Below, piece by piece: positions 1 to 10,290 of a stretch of DNA of 64,000 nt. The stretch lies in contig CAZSYD010000005.1 of the NCBI GenBank assembly GCA_964611355.1, positions 2,788 through 66,787 of the forward strand, in the 5' to 3' direction. Each line of letters begins with the position of its first letter. Positions within the stretch are counted from its first letter, which is position 1. Below the pieces are notes generated by a model. It was not told the DNA's origin, ran no database searches, and saw only the letters and a list, made by a program, of their open reading frames with translations. A program made the translations under genes and the position numbers. This DNA comes from an uncultured Ignavibacteriales bacterium. GTDB lineage: Bacteria; Zixibacteria; MSB-5A5; GN15; JAAZOE01.

Positions 1-1872
1 TACCAGTCGATTTTCTCTTTTGCCAACGCCGTGACCTTCGTCAGGGAAAATCAGGGAATCGACAATTCCACCGCGCTTTCTGATTGCCTTAATGATCTGT
101 CGAGCCTCTCCTATGGGGACGCGGGGATCATTTTCGCCGTGGACAACTAACAGGGGAGTCTGTATCATGTGCATTTTGTTAATCGGGGAAATGGATTTCA
201 AGAATTCCTTATCGGTTAAAGGACCGTATTCCGATTCGCGCAAATAGCGCCGATAAGCTGAGGTGTTCTCCAGAAAGCTGACGAAATTTACGATGCCGAC
301 CGAGTTACATGCCGCGGAAAAGAAATCGGGATATTCGGTGACGGCGGCCATCGTCATATAACCACCGTAACTGGCGCCTTTGACGCCGATCATCCCTTTT
401 TTAGCATAGCCGTTTTCTATCAGCCAGTCGGCTCCTGCTTTCATATCTTTGACGGAACCAAGACGATTCTTGTAGTTGTCCATAGCCAGATAGTCTTTTC
501 CGTAACCGTCGGAACCGCGAACGTTGGGGGCCAGAATACCGAAGCCATTGAGCATCAGGTATTGAAAATGACGCGCGAAATTTGGTCGAAACTGGCCTTC
601 GGGGCCGCCGTGCATGTGGAGAATAAAAGGAATCGGGCCGCCTTTATAATCAGCCGGCAGGTAGAGAAACGCCGGTATTTCGAGGCCATCAAAAGAGTTA
701 TATTTGACAAGCTTCGGCTCAGCAAAAATTTCACGGTCAATGCCGGCATAGATCGAGTGAGTTATTTTTTCCAGCTTACGGCCGCGCCAGTCCCAGCTCC
801 AGATGTCGGTAGTTTGGGTAGGTGAATTGAAGGTGAAAAGAATTCTGGACGTATTGCAAAAAGCGGGGCTGCCGATAAGACCATCCAGGTTGGGAACGGG
901 CAGTTCGCGTCCCGTTTCAATCTCAGCCAGTTTTATCCGGGCGTAGCCGTCTTCATTAAGTATCCAGGCCATAATTTTTCGATCGGGCGACATGTTGATA
1001 CCGTCAACGTTCCACGGAGATTCAGGCTCGAAGTAAGATAGTTCTTTGGATACCAGGTCAAGTTTTGCCCGGAGGCTGAAGCCCTGATCATTGTCGTTGC
1101 AAGTCAGATACAGGCATGAACCGTCGGCCGAAAAGAAAGGGTTGTCATACAGGATATCGCCTTCATGAGGGGTTAGGAACTCGGCTTTACCGGATTCGAT
1201 ATCGTACAGATACAAGTCATCATTCACATTCGAGGTCAGGTGGTAGTAAAGGAGTTTTCTGCCATCCGGGGAGATGTCGCCCCAGCCGTTCCAGCCTTCC
1301 GTGTCAATCAGCTTCTCGATGTTACCTGTCGCGGGATCCATTTTATACAGCTTGAAGTCACGGAGATTTTCCATGTTAGAGCGGATATAGATGGTTTTAT
1401 CATCACGGCTCCACGCTACCGAGCCGTATTGGATTTTAGGAGTATCGGTCAGTTGCTTGGTCCTGCCGGTGCGAGTATCAATAAGGTGAAGCTGGGATTG
1501 CTCCGATCCGCCGATGGAGGCTCCCACAATAGCCAGGTCAGCCGAATGGGACATGGCGTACCAGTCGATGCCGTCCTTGAAAAGCGTAAGTTGATATGGC
1601 CAGCCTTCATCGGTTAAACGATAGAGTTGATTTACTCCCGAAATACCCGTGGTGAAAAAGACTCTCCGCCCATCAGGCGAGATATCGGGATCGACGTTCC
1701 AACCGATTTGCATAAAAGTTTCGATGTCGGGGATATAGGTTTCCTCGCCGAAATAGCCCGGCAGATCGGTCGTTGATCTACCGGCGGCAAAATCCACCTC
1801 TTTTTCTATCGTGCATCCGATCATGGCCAAAAGAAAAAAGCCCGCGGCAATGGTAATCGTGTACCTTTTCAA
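1..1872 (-). CDS. S9-family serine peptidase (prolyl oligopeptidase / dipeptidyl-peptidase type), probable lipoprotein; C-terminus runs off the window
   Basis: Absent from the ORF track because it leaves the window. My minus-strand translation starts at TTG 1872-1870 (GGAG 5 nt upstream) and gives MKRYTITIAAGFFLLAMIGC (signal plus lipobox). A propeller-like N-terminal half follows, then GASYGGYM (GxSxGG nucleophile), HGENDPRV and PDEGHG (Asp and His of the triad). The frame stays open to position 1. Confidence 0.85.
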   Translation of the reverse strand, partial: MKRYTITIAAGFFLLAMIGCTIEKEVDFAAGRSTTDLPGYFGEETYIPDIETFMQIGWNVDPDISPDGRRVFFTTGISGVNQLYRLTDEGWPYQLTLFKDGIDWYAMSHSADLAIVGASIGGSEQSQLHLIDTRTGRTKQLTDTPKIQYGSVAWSRDDKTIYIRSNMENLRDFKLYKMDPATGNIEKLIDTEGWNGWGDISPDGRKLLYYHLTSNVNDDLYLYDIESGKAEFLTPHEGDILYDNPFFSADGSCLYLTCNDNDQGFSLRAKLDLVSKELSYFEPESPWNVDGINMSPDRKIMAWILNEDGYARIKLAEIETGRELPVPNLDGLIGSPAFCNTSRILFTFNSPTQTTDIWSWDWRGRKLEKITHSIYAGIDREIFAEPKLVKYNSFDGLEIPAFLYLPADYKGGPIPFILHMHGGPEGQFRPNFARHFQYLMLNGFGILAPNVRGSDGYGKDYLAMDNYKNRLGSVKDMKAGADWLIENGYAKKGMIGVKGASYGGYMTMAAVTEYPDFFSAACNSVGIVNFVSFLENTSAYRRYLRESEYGPLTDKEFLKSISPINKMHMIQTPLLVVHGENDPRVPIGEARQIIKAIRKRGGIVDSLIFPDEGHGVGKRENRLV

Positions 1873-2127
1873 AAGATCTCCTTCGTTAAATAGCAAATTG
1901 TTCGTCGAAACCTATCATAATTACGGGCAATAGTCAAGGTTAACACCCTTGAAACAACCGGGACACCGACAAACCTTTGGGCACTCTTACCTCGCAAGGT
2001 TTACATACTGTCAAAGGGACGAATAGTTGCAGCGTAACGTTAAACGGCGTTTTTCGAGAATAGATGAGACTATTATGGGATTCTTTTGAATTGCGAAAAG
2101 GCTGGCCGCATAAAGCGGACCTTTTGT

Positions 2128-4287
2128 CTAAGGTCTTTCGTATTCGCCGACAACCCGGATGATTGGCTCGAAGCGGGGGTTATCTTTGAACTGTTCGAAT
2201 TTGTCTTCGGATACGCTCAGTTTGAAATCGGCATAGGTTTTTTTAACCTTCCTGAAATCATCTCTGGCAAAATAATTGAGCATTAAATAATGATATACCT
2301 CGGGAATATTTGGGTCGGCATCGTGCGCATTACGCAGATATTTATCGGCCCATTTGTTTTTATGCATGGAGAAGTAAAGCTTGCCCAATTCGAAGTTGGC
2401 GCGGAAGTTATTCTTATCGTATTTTAATATTTCTTTATATGTCTTGATGGCCTTATCGTTATCGTTCTTATTTTTATAAAGACCCGCCATATTAATCAGC
2501 GCCGGAATTGATTTCTTGTTGAGGTCAAGACCGCCGGAGAACATCTGGCGGGCGGTTTCGTACCGCTTTTGGGATGCAAAGATTTCGCCGGCCCGAACAT
2601 AATCGTTTTCCGCCGATAAGGCGCTACCGGCGATTTGATAAGCCCTGGCCCGATTGGCGTACGCGTCGGCCATGGATGGTTTTAGATTGATCGCCTCGGT
2701 AAAATCCTCAATGGCCGAGGCTGTATTTCCATCCGTCAGCATCGCCAGACCGGATTGATAGAAATCCTCCGCCGAGTAAGTCGGCTTGGCGGGCTCCTGC
2801 TGCAATTTTTCGAGCGTAACATCCAGGACGTAGGTTTTGTTTGGTTTTAGGTTGACGGTTCCTTTCCATTTTTTATAGCCGTCTTTGGTAACCTCGACTC
2901 GATGTTTACCCGGTTTCAGCTTTTTGTACGTCAGGTTTCCGACCCCGAGAACCTGACTGCCGGCCACGAGCCTGGGACTCTCGACGTTTGATTTCAGTCT
3001 CAGCGAGGAATACTCCTTTTTTGACGCGGCTTTTTGGGTTTTTTGGGATTTCTGCGGGGGCTCCTCTCTGGTTTTTTGGGGTTGAACCTGCTGCCGGCCG
3101 GCCGATACCGGTGGAGCGGTGTAGCCGCCTGAAGAAGCGGTCGCCGACGGCCGTTCTTCTTGAAGACCAAGACTGATCATCAGGGTTGTTGTCTTGTCGT
3201 TGACTACTGAGACGTTATCCATGCCGACGGTTTCGTTTGGGGCTGAGCAACGAATGAAGTAGGTTCCGGTAGGCACGTTGTCAAAACGGAAAAAACCCTG
3301 CGCATCGGTTTTGACCTTTTTCCCCGCTTCCGGAAGGGAAACCTCACTGCCGGAAATCAGCGGGCGGCCGTCTTCGTCGAGGGCGACGCCAATAACGGAA
3401 CCGCTCCCTGGCAGAGTCGGTGAGATGAATTGCCTCCCGATCAGAAAGAGCAAAATAGCCAGCAGTGCTGAAAACGCGATAATTGTATACTGGTGTTTGA
3501 TTTTTTTCGGCTTTAATAAATAATAGCGGTCGTCGATGACCAGTTCTTCTCCTGTCGAGGGATGAACTGCGCCGGTAAGCTGGATGAAATTTTTATGGAA
3601 ATAGGCAATCCTACGTACCGAGGGAGTCTTTTGAACCCCTTCAAATGCCTGGGTTGACGGCTCGGATGAATCGGCGGCATCTGGCTGATTTTCAGGCGAC
3701 GGATCGGATGGCTGCCTTGACGTGGCGTCGTCCTCTGGATCTGCGCCCGATTCGGCTTTTTGATCGTCTTCGGGACCGGTCGGATTTTTGGGCACATTGG
3801 TCATCATCCTGGAAGCATCCTCGGGAGTGGCGCTTGAGCTTTTGTTGGGATCAGAAACGAGTGAAGACCTGATCTGTTCAGCCTGCTCGGGCGACAGCTT
3901 TTTCAGCTTATCGGTGTTTTCGTCATTCGCCCCTGCTTGGGTGTCTTCCTGACCGGCGGGCGATTCCACCTGCGGTGGAAGTGGGGATGAAGTCTGACCG
4001 ATCGGTTTATCATCCGGTTTTTCCGGGTCGGATGTTTCCTCGGCGGCTCCTATGAATTCGCCAGGATCGCAAAGCTGTATAAGTTCTTCCGAACCGCCCG
4101 ATGGCGTGGAACTATGGTCAGAATAAGAAGGAGTTCGGGCATCGGTGTTTTCTTCTTCGAGACGTACCTCGGGGGTTTCATTTTCTTCATTTTCGACGAC
4201 TTCGGCCTTTATTCTGGCGCCACAGTCGGGGCAAACGGTGGCCGATTCATCGATTATAAGATATCCGCAAACTGGACAGGTTGGCAA
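2128..4287 (-). CDS. Multidomain membrane protein: zinc-ribbon, acidic low-complexity region, TM helix, carboxypeptidase-regulatory-like and PEGA-like beta-sandwiches, TPR repeats
   Basis: 719-aa ORF. It has an N-terminal CPVC...CPDC zinc ribbon and about 200 aa of Asp/Glu/Pro/Ser-rich sequence. One TM helix (IIAFSALLAILLFLIG) follows. Then come GSVIGVALDEDGRP...FRFDNVPTGTYFIR (CarboxypepD_reg-like), GKHRVEVTKDGYKKWKGTVNL (PEGA-like) and C-terminal TPR-like repeats. Confidence 0.75.
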   Translation of the reverse strand: MPTCPVCGYLIIDESATVCPDCGARIKAEVVENEENETPEVRLEEENTDARTPSYSDHSSTPSGGSEELIQLCDPGEFIGAAEETSDPEKPDDKPIGQTSSPLPPQVESPAGQEDTQAGANDENTDKLKKLSPEQAEQIRSSLVSDPNKSSSATPEDASRMMTNVPKNPTGPEDDQKAESGADPEDDATSRQPSDPSPENQPDAADSSEPSTQAFEGVQKTPSVRRIAYFHKNFIQLTGAVHPSTGEELVIDDRYYLLKPKKIKHQYTIIAFSALLAILLFLIGRQFISPTLPGSGSVIGVALDEDGRPLISGSEVSLPEAGKKVKTDAQGFFRFDNVPTGTYFIRCSAPNETVGMDNVSVVNDKTTTLMISLGLQEERPSATASSGGYTAPPVSAGRQQVQPQKTREEPPQKSQKTQKAASKKEYSSLRLKSNVESPRLVAGSQVLGVGNLTYKKLKPGKHRVEVTKDGYKKWKGTVNLKPNKTYVLDVTLEKLQQEPAKPTYSAEDFYQSGLAMLTDGNTASAIEDFTEAINLKPSMADAYANRARAYQIAGSALSAENDYVRAGEIFASQKRYETARQMFSGGLDLNKKSIPALINMAGLYKNKNDNDKAIKTYKEILKYDKNNFRANFELGKLYFSMHKNKWADKYLRNAHDADPNIPEVYHYLMLNYFARDDFRKVKKTYADFKLSVSEDKFEQFKDNPRFEPIIRVVGEYERP

Positions 4288-4425
4288 AAAAGGCTCCTTA
4301 TTTGAAACTTTTTACTAAACAGTTTATCGACCGATCAGTCATATTCTTGAATAGATAAGGCCGGGCTGTTTTCGGCCGAGCACTCTAAAGCTCAAGAGCT
4401 TAGAGGATATTTAGCCAAAAACGGC

Positions 4426-4454
4426 TTGACATGGGGACGGCTATTGGATAGATT
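4426..4454 (+). promoter_or_regulatory. sigma70-type promoter candidate TTGACA-17-TAGATT
   Basis: TTGACA at 4426-4431, a 17-nt spacer, TAGATT at 4449-4454. It lies about 45 nt upstream of ATG 4498, which has a GGGAGG Shine-Dalgarno. Confidence 0.45.
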
Positions 4455-4497
4455 CTTTTTTTGAATTCTTTTCACGCGCTTTCGGGAGGAAAAGAGG

Positions 4498-5844
4498 ATG
4501 AAGTTCAGCTTAAGACATCTTTTGATAAGCCTTGTATTTGGCGCGGCGTTGATTGTGGCCTTTGGATGTACCCAGCACGATGATATTGTCCAGCCTCAGA
4601 GTCGGGCTTCTATTACTCTCAGGCCGCTTAATCTGCCGACCCTGGATACTCTTTATGCCTACGAACTCTGGATGTTGGCGGTGGATGGCGGTGATTCGAC
4701 TTTTACCTCACTGGGCAAGTTCCTCTGGGATAATTATGAATTCCGGTTCACCGATCTATCCGGTAACTACATCGACAGCGTCTATGAAGTCCCCGACATA
4801 TGGGAAGATTATGACTATATCGCGGTTACGGTTGAAAACCGCAACGACCTCAGCCCTGACCCTTCCGGCTCTATAATGTTAATTGATGAGGTTGGAGACC
4901 CGACAGCCCAGCCCATATCGCTCCGGTTCCCGGCTGATTTTTCTATGACCACCGGTTATTACTTCACGGGTACGCCCTCTGACGATAACGATGACACCGA
5001 TGAAGAAAAAGGGTTATGGATATGTGCCCGGGCGAAGAGTGAGCGTCGTCTGCAGGACACCCTGGGCATCAAAAATACTACTCTAACCGTTACTCAGCAG
5101 GATACTCTGAACCGCGAAAGGACTGATTCTGATACGATCGACGTTGCCGGCTGGACGTTCTTTGACAGTACCATTGTGATTATCGGGTATGATACCATAT
5201 GGGATCATAAACGTATCGATGTCGAATGGGTTGATACGGTTGATACGAACAACGATTACATTCTCAGGGTCGACTATGAAACCGGTGACCCGGTAGTCCT
5301 TGAATATTACATTTATGCCGGGCCTCTGGAAGAGCTTCCGGATATTAAATCATACGGCTGGCGTTATAACGCCTGGGTATTCCATGAGTACTTTCCTTCC
5401 GAGGCTAATCTCTCCCGGATGGTTCCTTTCGGTTATGAAAGGCAGTTTATTTTTACGGGAGATACCACCTGGCAGGTCCTGCCGCTGGGCGCCTTCTTCC
5501 GTTCCGATTCCTGTGATTTATCCAACAATTATAATGACCAGTTGGAAGTACCCCAGTTCCCCGGCGAAGATTTCATCGTTGATCCCGGTCCGCTTGGTTT
5601 GATTGATCTGCGGTATGATGGTCCAGACAGTACCGGAGGCGAATGGGGCAGTATCGTCATTAGTATGGAACCGATTCCCGACGCGGCCAGAATCAACGTT
5701 GATACGACGCGTAACTTCCCGCTGTTTATACTTTCAGACTTTCTGAGTTCAGCATCGAGTTACGACGTCGAAATGGTACATGCTTTCCATAACTGGGGTC
5801 AATTCCTGCCACAGATCAGGTTGGCGGTTACTTTCCACGAATAA
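4498..5844 (+). CDS. Hypothetical secreted protein, probable lipoprotein
   Basis: 448-aa ORF with an SD. The N-terminus MKFSLRHLLISLVFGAALIVAFGC looks like a signal peptide plus lipobox. The protein is Asp-rich and I recognise no family motif. Confidence 0.7.
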   Translation: MKFSLRHLLISLVFGAALIVAFGCTQHDDIVQPQSRASITLRPLNLPTLDTLYAYELWMLAVDGGDSTFTSLGKFLWDNYEFRFTDLSGNYIDSVYEVPDIWEDYDYIAVTVENRNDLSPDPSGSIMLIDEVGDPTAQPISLRFPADFSMTTGYYFTGTPSDDNDDTDEEKGLWICARAKSERRLQDTLGIKNTTLTVTQQDTLNRERTDSDTIDVAGWTFFDSTIVIIGYDTIWDHKRIDVEWVDTVDTNNDYILRVDYETGDPVVLEYYIYAGPLEELPDIKSYGWRYNAWVFHEYFPSEANLSRMVPFGYERQFIFTGDTTWQVLPLGAFFRSDSCDLSNNYNDQLEVPQFPGEDFIVDPGPLGLIDLRYDGPDSTGGEWGSIVISMEPIPDAARINVDTTRNFPLFILSDFLSSASSYDVEMVHAFHNWGQFLPQIRLAVTFHE

Positions 5845-5861
5845 CGGTCTTTGCGAGCATT

Positions 5862-5895
5862 AAAGGTCGGCATAGTCTTATGTCGGCCTTTTTTG
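5862..5895 (+). terminator. Rho-independent terminator candidate
   Basis: AAAGGTCGGCATA / TATGTCGGCCTTT form a 13-bp stem (two G-U pairs) with loop GTCT, followed by a T-run. It begins 18 nt after the stop at 5844. Confidence 0.6.
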
Positions 5896-5906
5896 TTTAT
5901 ATCAAC

Positions 5907-5935
5907 TTGCCATTTTATTTGTGTTCCATTATATT
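5907..5935 (+). promoter_or_regulatory. sigma70-type promoter candidate TTGCCA-17-TATATT
   Basis: TTGCCA at 5907-5912, a 17-nt spacer, TATATT at 5930-5935, upstream of hppA. Confidence 0.45.
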
Positions 5936-5996
5936 CGCGCTCAACATGTTGCAGGATTTGCGCTATGAAGGGTGCAGATAAGTCTGGAGGGGTTCA

Positions 5997-7991
5997 ATGA
6001 GTCTGGACCACGGTATTTGGGCTGCGATTCTTGGAATCGTCGGTATTATGTTTGCAGGGATCCTTTATCTTACTATAAAACGTCAGTCTTCCGGTTCGGA
6101 GCAGATGACCGAGCTGGCCAATACTATTCATCGCGGGGCAATGGTCTTCCTGAAAAGAGAGTATTCGGTTCTAATCCCGTTTGTGATCGTCGTCTTTGGG
6201 CTGCTTTCATGGAAAATCGGCATCAACACCGGAGTAGCTTTCATATCCGGCGCAGCTTGTTCCATGCTAGCGGGGCTTTTCGGCATGAACGCCGCCACAA
6301 AGGCGAATGTCCGTACCTGCGAAGCGGCCCGTGTATCGGGTCAGTCAAAGGCGTTGCAGATCGCTTTTTCCGGCGGCGCTGTCATGGGTATGTCGGTTGC
6401 TTCGCTGGGGCTTCTTGGATTGGGAATTTTTTATTACTTTTTCTTCGATCCGAATAATCTGGGAAACCTCCAGGTCTTGACCGGTTTTTCCATGGGCGCC
6501 TCTTCGATTGCGCTTTTCGCCCGTGTCGGCGGGGGTATCTATACTAAATCCGCTGATGTCGGCGCTGATCTGGTGGGCAAGATCGAAGCCGGTATTCCGG
6601 AGGACGACCCGCGTAACCCGGCCGTTATCGCTGATAACGTCGGTGACAACGTCGGCGACGTGGCCGGAATGGGCGCCGATCTGTTTGAATCGTACGTCGG
6701 CTCTATTGTCGCCACGATAGTGCTCGGCGCAGCCCTGGTGATGGAACAAGGTCCTTCGATGATGGGATATATTGCGATGCCGCTGATGATTGTTACGGTC
6801 GGCATCGTTGCATCCATGCTTGGGGTGGCCTCGGTCAAGGTTTTCTCTTCCATGAATCCCGCGGCGACGCTTCGCGTAGTTACCTACGTTGCCGCGATTC
6901 TTATGTGGATTGCCACTTATGTTCTGGCTGGCGTTCTTAATGTAGGCGTCGGTGTTTTTTGGGCGGTCCTTGGCGGCTCTCTGGCGGGGATTGTGCTGGG
7001 ACTTCTGACCGAGTATTATACATCGGGCAAACCAATCAGAAAAATCGCTAGAGCTTCGGAAACCGGCCCCGCCACCAACATCATCACCGGTCTTGCCGTG
7101 GGAATGGAATCGGTAGCCCTGCCGGTTATCGTGATCTGCATCGCCATATTCGTCGGATTCAAGCTGGCCGGTTTGTACGGTATCGGTATAGCCGCGGTTG
7201 GGATGCTGGCCACCATCGGTGTGACGATGTCGGTTGACGCTTACGGTCCGGTGGCTGATAACGCTGGCGGTATTTCGGAAATGTCGGGCCTGGGCCCGGA
7301 GGTTCGCAGTATCACCGACCGGCTCGACGCTCTCGGTAATACGACCGCCGCGATCGGTAAGGGGTTTGCCATCGGGTCGGCGGCCCTGACGGCGCTTGCT
7401 CTCTTTTCCGCTTATACGACTGCGGTTAAGCTGGACAGTATCAACCTGGTCAATGCCCGCGTGGTAATCGGCCTTTTCCTTGGCGGCCTCCTGCCGTTTT
7501 TTATTGCGGCTTTGACCATGAAAGCCGTCGGCAAGGCGGCATTTTCAATGGTCAAGGAAGTTCGCCGCCAGTTCAAGGAAATAACCGGCTTAATGGAAGG
7601 AAAGGCCAAACCGGACTCCGATCGCTGCGTGGCCATTGCCGCCACTTCAGCCATTAAGGAGATGGTCGTGCCCGGTCTGACCGCCATTATTGCCCCGATA
7701 CTGGTCGGTTCCCTGCTGGGCAAGGAAGCTCTCGGTGGTCTTCTGGCCGGAGCGACACTGACCGGCGTTATGCTGGCTTTAATGATGGCCAATGGCGGCG
7801 GCGCCTGGGATAACGCCAAGAAGTTTATCGAACGCGGGAATCTCGGCGGCAAAGGTTCTGATGCTCACAAGGCCGCCGTGGTCGGCGATACCGTAGGTGA
7901 TCCATTCAAGGATACTTCCGGGCCGTCAATGAATATTCTAATAAAGCTGATGGCCATTGTTTCCCTCGTTCTGGCTCCATTGTTTATTTAG
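5997..7991 (+). CDS. hppA: Membrane-bound ion-translocating pyrophosphatase (K+-dependent-type signature)
   Basis: 664-aa polytopic ORF with the hallmark motifs [41 protein letters not shown] and [18 protein letters not shown]. The GNTTAA form carries Ala where K+-independent enzymes carry Lys. Whether it pumps H+ or Na+ cannot be told from this. Confidence 0.93.
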   Translation: MSLDHGIWAAILGIVGIMFAGILYLTIKRQSSGSEQMTELANTIHRGAMVFLKREYSVLIPFVIVVFGLLSWKIGINTGVAFISGAACSMLAGLFGMNAATKANVRTCEAARVSGQSKALQIAFSGGAVMGMSVASLGLLGLGIFYYFFFDPNNLGNLQVLTGFSMGASSIALFARVGGGIYTKSADVGADLVGKIEAGIPEDDPRNPAVIADNVGDNVGDVAGMGADLFESYVGSIVATIVLGAALVMEQGPSMMGYIAMPLMIVTVGIVASMLGVASVKVFSSMNPAATLRVVTYVAAILMWIATYVLAGVLNVGVGVFWAVLGGSLAGIVLGLLTEYYTSGKPIRKIARASETGPATNIITGLAVGMESVALPVIVICIAIFVGFKLAGLYGIGIAAVGMLATIGVTMSVDAYGPVADNAGGISEMSGLGPEVRSITDRLDALGNTTAAIGKGFAIGSAALTALALFSAYTTAVKLDSINLVNARVVIGLFLGGLLPFFIAALTMKAVGKAAFSMVKEVRRQFKEITGLMEGKAKPDSDRCVAIAATSAIKEMVVPGLTAIIAPILVGSLLGKEALGGLLAGATLTGVMLALMMANGGGAWDNAKKFIERGNLGGKGSDAHKAAVVGDTVGDPFKDTSGPSMNILIKLMAIVSLVLAPLFI

Positions 7992-8011
7992 GGTATTATA
8001 TAGGTGTTGAG

Positions 8012-8043
8012 AGCAGGCCCGAAAAGTCGGGCCTGCTTTTTTT
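8012..8043 (+). terminator. Rho-independent terminator
   Basis: AGCAGGCCCGA / TCGGGCCTGCT form an 11-bp stem with loop AAAG, followed by TTTTTT. It starts 20 nt after the hppA stop. Confidence 0.8.
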
Positions 8044-8054
8044 GGATGAATAAT

Positions 8055-8083
8055 TTGCTATGCATCATGTATATTATTACAAT
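8055..8083 (+). promoter_or_regulatory. sigma70-type promoter candidate TTGCTA-17-TACAAT
   Basis: TTGCTA at 8055-8060, a 17-nt spacer, TACAAT at 8078-8083. It sits in an AT-rich gap between the hppA terminator and the 8180 gene. Confidence 0.5.
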
Positions 8084-8179
8084 GTATTTGAGAAGCGATA
8101 ATTTGAGATTTTTGAAACAATAGCAGGGATGAAACGTCTAACAGGCTATATCAGGCAATAGCAAGGAGGAAAGCGAAGG

Positions 8180-8923
8180 ATGGAGGCAAATCCGGAAATC
8201 GTTGATGGCAATGCCGGTGTCGCAGATAACAATATCTGGAAAATAATGATTGGCGTTTTTACATTGCCCGTAAACGCCTTTGGGAGGTTTAATCAGTCCC
8301 CGAAACTCATCATTCCAATCATTGTAACGATAATTTTGGGCGGTTTTATGACCGGGCTTATTGCCAAGCAGCAAGCCATGCTTCAGTACAATATGATGAA
8401 AAAGTCGACCGTGATACCGCAAGAGGTGTTGAATAAGATGAAGGGGGATGCGGAGAATGCCAATCCGTTGAAATCCGGAGCGATTGGAGGGGCGGCGATC
8501 GTTGGCTTTGGCATCCTGTCACCCCTTTTGGCCTGGTTTATCGGAAGCGTCATTTTTGGAGGTTCGACGAAGTTCAAGAAAATCTGGGGAGTATATTTGC
8601 TGAGCGGTCTTATTGTTCTTGTTGGAGGACTATTAAAAGCGCCGCTTGTGATTGCCAAGGATAGCGCCCACGTATCAATGGGGCTGTCGGTTCTGCTCCC
8701 CGGCAAGGACTTCACGTCATTTATTTATTATTTTCTGTATACTGTTGATCTTTTTGTGATCTGGTCGGTTATCGTCACCGGCATCGGTCTGGCGGCTATT
8801 TACGATTTCCCCAGGGGTCGCGGGATCACAGTTTCGGCCATAACATGTCTCGTATGGGTGACTCTTGGCTTTGTGCCGATTATGCTGATGAGCTTTGCGG
8901 GTGTGGAAATAAGTTTCTTCTGA
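8180..8923 (+). CDS. Polytopic membrane protein, Yip1-domain-like
   Basis: 247-aa ORF with about five predicted TM helices and a short soluble N-terminus. AGGAGG lies upstream. The family call rests on overall architecture only. Confidence 0.5.
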   Translation: MEANPEIVDGNAGVADNNIWKIMIGVFTLPVNAFGRFNQSPKLIIPIIVTIILGGFMTGLIAKQQAMLQYNMMKKSTVIPQEVLNKMKGDAENANPLKSGAIGGAAIVGFGILSPLLAWFIGSVIFGGSTKFKKIWGVYLLSGLIVLVGGLLKAPLVIAKDSAHVSMGLSVLLPGKDFTSFIYYFLYTVDLFVIWSVIVTGIGLAAIYDFPRGRGITVSAITCLVWVTLGFVPIMLMSFAGVEISFF

Positions 8924-8939
8924 TCTTATAGAGGTAAAT

Positions 8940-10259
8940 ATGAAAAAGGTTTTATGGATTGTGACGCTTTTTATGCTTGTCGCAGGAGGTACGGTTTTCG
9001 CCGAAACATATACCCTCGATCAGTGTATAGAAATGGCCCGGAAGACCGATCCAAACCTGACAAAATTCCGCAATACGGTCAAGACGGCCGGAACCGCGGT
9101 CTGGCAGCGGGCCGGTCAGTTTTTGCCTTCGGTATCGGTATCCGGTTCTTATCGTAAGGTGGACCGGGGGAAGACTTCGGCGCAAATCACCGATCTCGGC
9201 GGTGGTGTAATTGAAGTGGTACCCGAGCAGCCAGCCGAAACCTATAAAAGTTATTCGGCCGGTTATTCTATTGGCCAATACGGATTCAACATTCCGGGCA
9301 AGATATGGGATTATCTCTATAGCCGGGCCAGCAAGCACGGTGCGGAATACAGTTATGCTCAGGCCATCTCCGATCTTGATCTCGTGGTCAAAACATACTA
9401 TTACCTGGTTCTAAAGGGCAAGAATGATCTCGATGTCGCCCGCGACGCGGTTGAGCGCTCCAAAGAGCTCCTGAAGGTTTTCGAGGAAAAATATGATCTG
9501 GGATCGGCATCATTATCGGAGGTGCTCAAGCAGAAGGTACAATACGGCACCGACCAGTTGACCTTGGTGAGTGCCCAAAACAATTCCCGCACCACGCGCG
9601 ATCAACTGGCTTTGACCATCGGCGTCCATCCCAGTGAAGATTTCAATGTGGCTGATCTGGAGTTGACTCGAGGGGATATCGGCGAACTACCGGGCCTAAT
9701 TGCGAGGGCCTGCGAGTATCATCCGACGCTGAAGGCGGCTGAGCAGTCGGTATCTGCCTATGGATACGCCGTACGGTCGGCCTGGAGTGATTACTTGCCG
9801 ACCATCGATATTGGATATAGTTTTGGCTGGAGCAAAAATACCTTTGATGAAATCAAGGAATTCGGGTCTGATGACCACACCGGGACATTATCTATCGGTA
9901 TCAGTATGAATATATTCGACCGGTTTTCACGCCGTTACCAGTTATCGGTGGCGAAGGTGAATCTCAATAATGCCCGGGCCAGTAAAGTTTATACGAAAAA
10001 CGAAATGATCAAGGATATAAGAGATGCCTACCTGGGTATAAAACTTGCCGAGGAAAAGCTTCAAGTCACCGAGGAGACCGAGCAGGCCGCCAGCGAGGAT
10101 ATGGATCTTGTCCAGGCCAAGTATAATCTGGGAGCGGCCGCCCTGTGGGAACTCCTTGATGCTCAGGTCAGCCTGAAATCGGCCAGTTTTGAAAAGGTCA
10201 AGGCGGAATTTGATTATAACCTGGCTTTGGCCAAGTTGAAAAACGCCATGGGAGAGTAA
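8940..10259 (+). CDS. TolC-family outer-membrane efflux channel
   Basis: 439 aa with a signal peptide (MKKVLWIVTLFMLVAGGTVFA). The TYTLDQCIEMA start and the two-repeat coiled-coil/beta pattern are typical of the TolC/OprM family. Confidence 0.85.
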   Translation: MKKVLWIVTLFMLVAGGTVFAETYTLDQCIEMARKTDPNLTKFRNTVKTAGTAVWQRAGQFLPSVSVSGSYRKVDRGKTSAQITDLGGGVIEVVPEQPAETYKSYSAGYSIGQYGFNIPGKIWDYLYSRASKHGAEYSYAQAISDLDLVVKTYYYLVLKGKNDLDVARDAVERSKELLKVFEEKYDLGSASLSEVLKQKVQYGTDQLTLVSAQNNSRTTRDQLALTIGVHPSEDFNVADLELTRGDIGELPGLIARACEYHPTLKAAEQSVSAYGYAVRSAWSDYLPTIDIGYSFGWSKNTFDEIKEFGSDDHTGTLSIGISMNIFDRFSRRYQLSVAKVNLNNARASKVYTKNEMIKDIRDAYLGIKLAEEKLQVTEETEQAASEDMDLVQAKYNLGAAALWELLDAQVSLKSASFEKVKAEFDYNLALAKLKNAMGE

Positions 10260-10290
10260 TCGTTTGAGACTATTCTGAAAGCGAGTCATA

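Noticed and set aside
8885-8909. A hammerhead-ribozyme-like string, CTGATGAG...GAAA.
   Set aside because: The intervening bases cannot form helix II. The sequence also lies inside the Yip1-like coding region in its normal frame.
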